A DNA stretch of 64,000 nucleotides, taken from assembly GCF_009914755.1 (NCBI RefSeq), contig NC_060937.1. One strand, written 5' to 3'. The translations under genes were made by a program, and so were the position numbers. Below the pieces are notes generated by a model. It was given only the letters and a program-made list of their open reading frames with translations. It searched no databases and had not been told where the DNA came from. Shown here piece after piece: positions 62,457 to 64,000 of this stretch (positions are counted from its first letter, which is position 1; every line of letters starts with the position of its first letter). This DNA is from the human T2T-CHM13v2.0 reference genome, Homo sapiens.

Positions 62457-63028
62457 TTTTTTTATAAAATAATATACCACCAATATTTTCTCATACACGG
62501 TATTAAGTGATAGTACTCTGGTTACTTTAAGGTGTCACTTCTGGTATATTTATCAAAAGGAGACAGAAATCCAATAGCTGGCAATGACACAGCAACAGTT
62601 ACTGAAAAGAACTGTTAATATTATCTGAAAGATTAAAATTACATCTTGCTCCTTTAATTTTCAACTCATCTGAAAAATGAGGGCCTGAAAAGTACTGTGT
62701 TTATCACCACACTAAACCTGGCCACAAGGCACCCTATATTCACACTTCATGTTCCTGTAACTATTTACACATTGTCTATAAAAAGTTCCTTGTTTCACCT
62801 GAAAAGCAACACAGACTAGCATTCATATCTACTGAAAGCCATCATGACCTATGTAATTGTGCAGCATGAACAAAGAGGCCTTTATAAAGCCAAAGGCAAA
62901 GCTCTTAGTAACAACCTGTTTCAGCTGAGACAAGCTGACCTCCGCTTCTGAAATTATACTTAATCATTCACCAAAATAGCTGCATATAATAAACCACTTA
63001 AAGCAGCTTTTTAAAAAAAAGGTAAAGG

Positions 63029-63200
63029 GGGTTGGGTGCAGTGGCTCACACCTGTAATCCTGGCACTTTGGGAGGCTGAAGAGGAAGGATCACTTGAGCT
63101 CAGGTAGTTGAGACGGCAGTGAGCCATGATAGTGCCACTGCATTCCAGCATAGGCAACAGAGTGAGACCCTGTCTCCCCCAGCAAAAAAAAAAAAAAAAA
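63029..63200 (+). mobile_element. Monomer-length Alu (AluJ-derived or FRAM/FLAM-like)
   Basis: Left-arm head joined to a right-arm end plus poly(A). Confidence 0.85.
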
Positions 63201-64000
63201 GGGAAAAGAAGGTAGGGGCTAATTTTCTATGAATTCCCTTTTACACTTAATTCACTTTCAATGCTTGTACTTTCAAATGTTTCAATGTTTTTAAAAATGA
63301 AGTCTTAAGTCTTGATTCTGGCAGATAGTTCTAGAATTAGCACTAGTCCAATTTCAGAGGTGTTTATTGCAACCATTAAGAAACCATTCTATTTTCATTT
63401 AAGTCAAAAATACTTTAAAAGTTAACTTAAAACTTTGACAGTTTGCTTGAATGTTGTTCTCACATGTACCAGGAAGGATCTCAAGGTGTTAATATCCCAA
63501 AAGAGTATTCACAGGTTGTCAATAAGAATCCCTACTGTGCTGGATCATTAGTTCTCAACATTATATGTATTACCATCCACCTCTAAAGTCTCCTCTGCAT
63601 AGCACAGAGTTTACTTTTTTCCAATGAAAGAAACTTCAAAATTAAAGAGATATCATTACTCTTAAGCAATCATGATATCCAGACACCACCATCTTAAGTG
63701 GTAAGTAAGATCCCACTTACCACCACAGGTTAACATGAAGGGATCTTTCCCAGAGACTAAAGAGCTGGGGCAATTTATTGGCAAACTTTTGAGAACCATA
63801 TACTTCAAGACTATACTCATTAAATAATTGCTTCCCTGATCTTCAGAATGCAACCTTCCCAACATACTCTTACTGAGCTCTTTGCACATTTAATTGTTAC
63901 ATCAAATTCCTTTGTCTGATAATAGCTCAGTCTTCCTGAGCTCAAACGAATACATCTACCTTCTTTATTTTTAAACTAAAATCTTTTTATAATCATTTTT

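Overview
Repeat-dense hominoid (most likely human) genomic DNA with no intact host protein-coding gene. Most of the window is transposable elements: four L1PA copies, older L1PA/L1M, more than 20 Alus, L2/MIR, DNA-transposon relics and a nested ERV complex (MLT2A1/HERV-L interrupted by a HERV-E provirus). The unique sequence holds five minus-strand exons of an unprocessed TPTE2 (PTEN-like voltage-sensing phosphatase) pseudogene, a full-length ancestral-type cytochrome c retrocopy with TSDs, and a tailless 5' fragment of POLR2C. A TPTE2 pseudogene with an intronic CYCS copy fits the chr13 TPTE2P duplicons; this is from memory and the exact copy is not verified. The most interesting signal is a chain of more than 10 exon-like segments on the PLUS strand (about 18.6-38.4 kb), interleaved antisense between the TPTE2 exons. 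They have splice signals, mostly compatible intron phases and nearly open frames, and one is split by a young L1. I read this as a candidate fossil gene whose protein I cannot identify; it needs a homology search. Also notable are a spliced L1 (SpIRE97/622 type), an L1 3' micro-transduction, and several repair or slippage scars.
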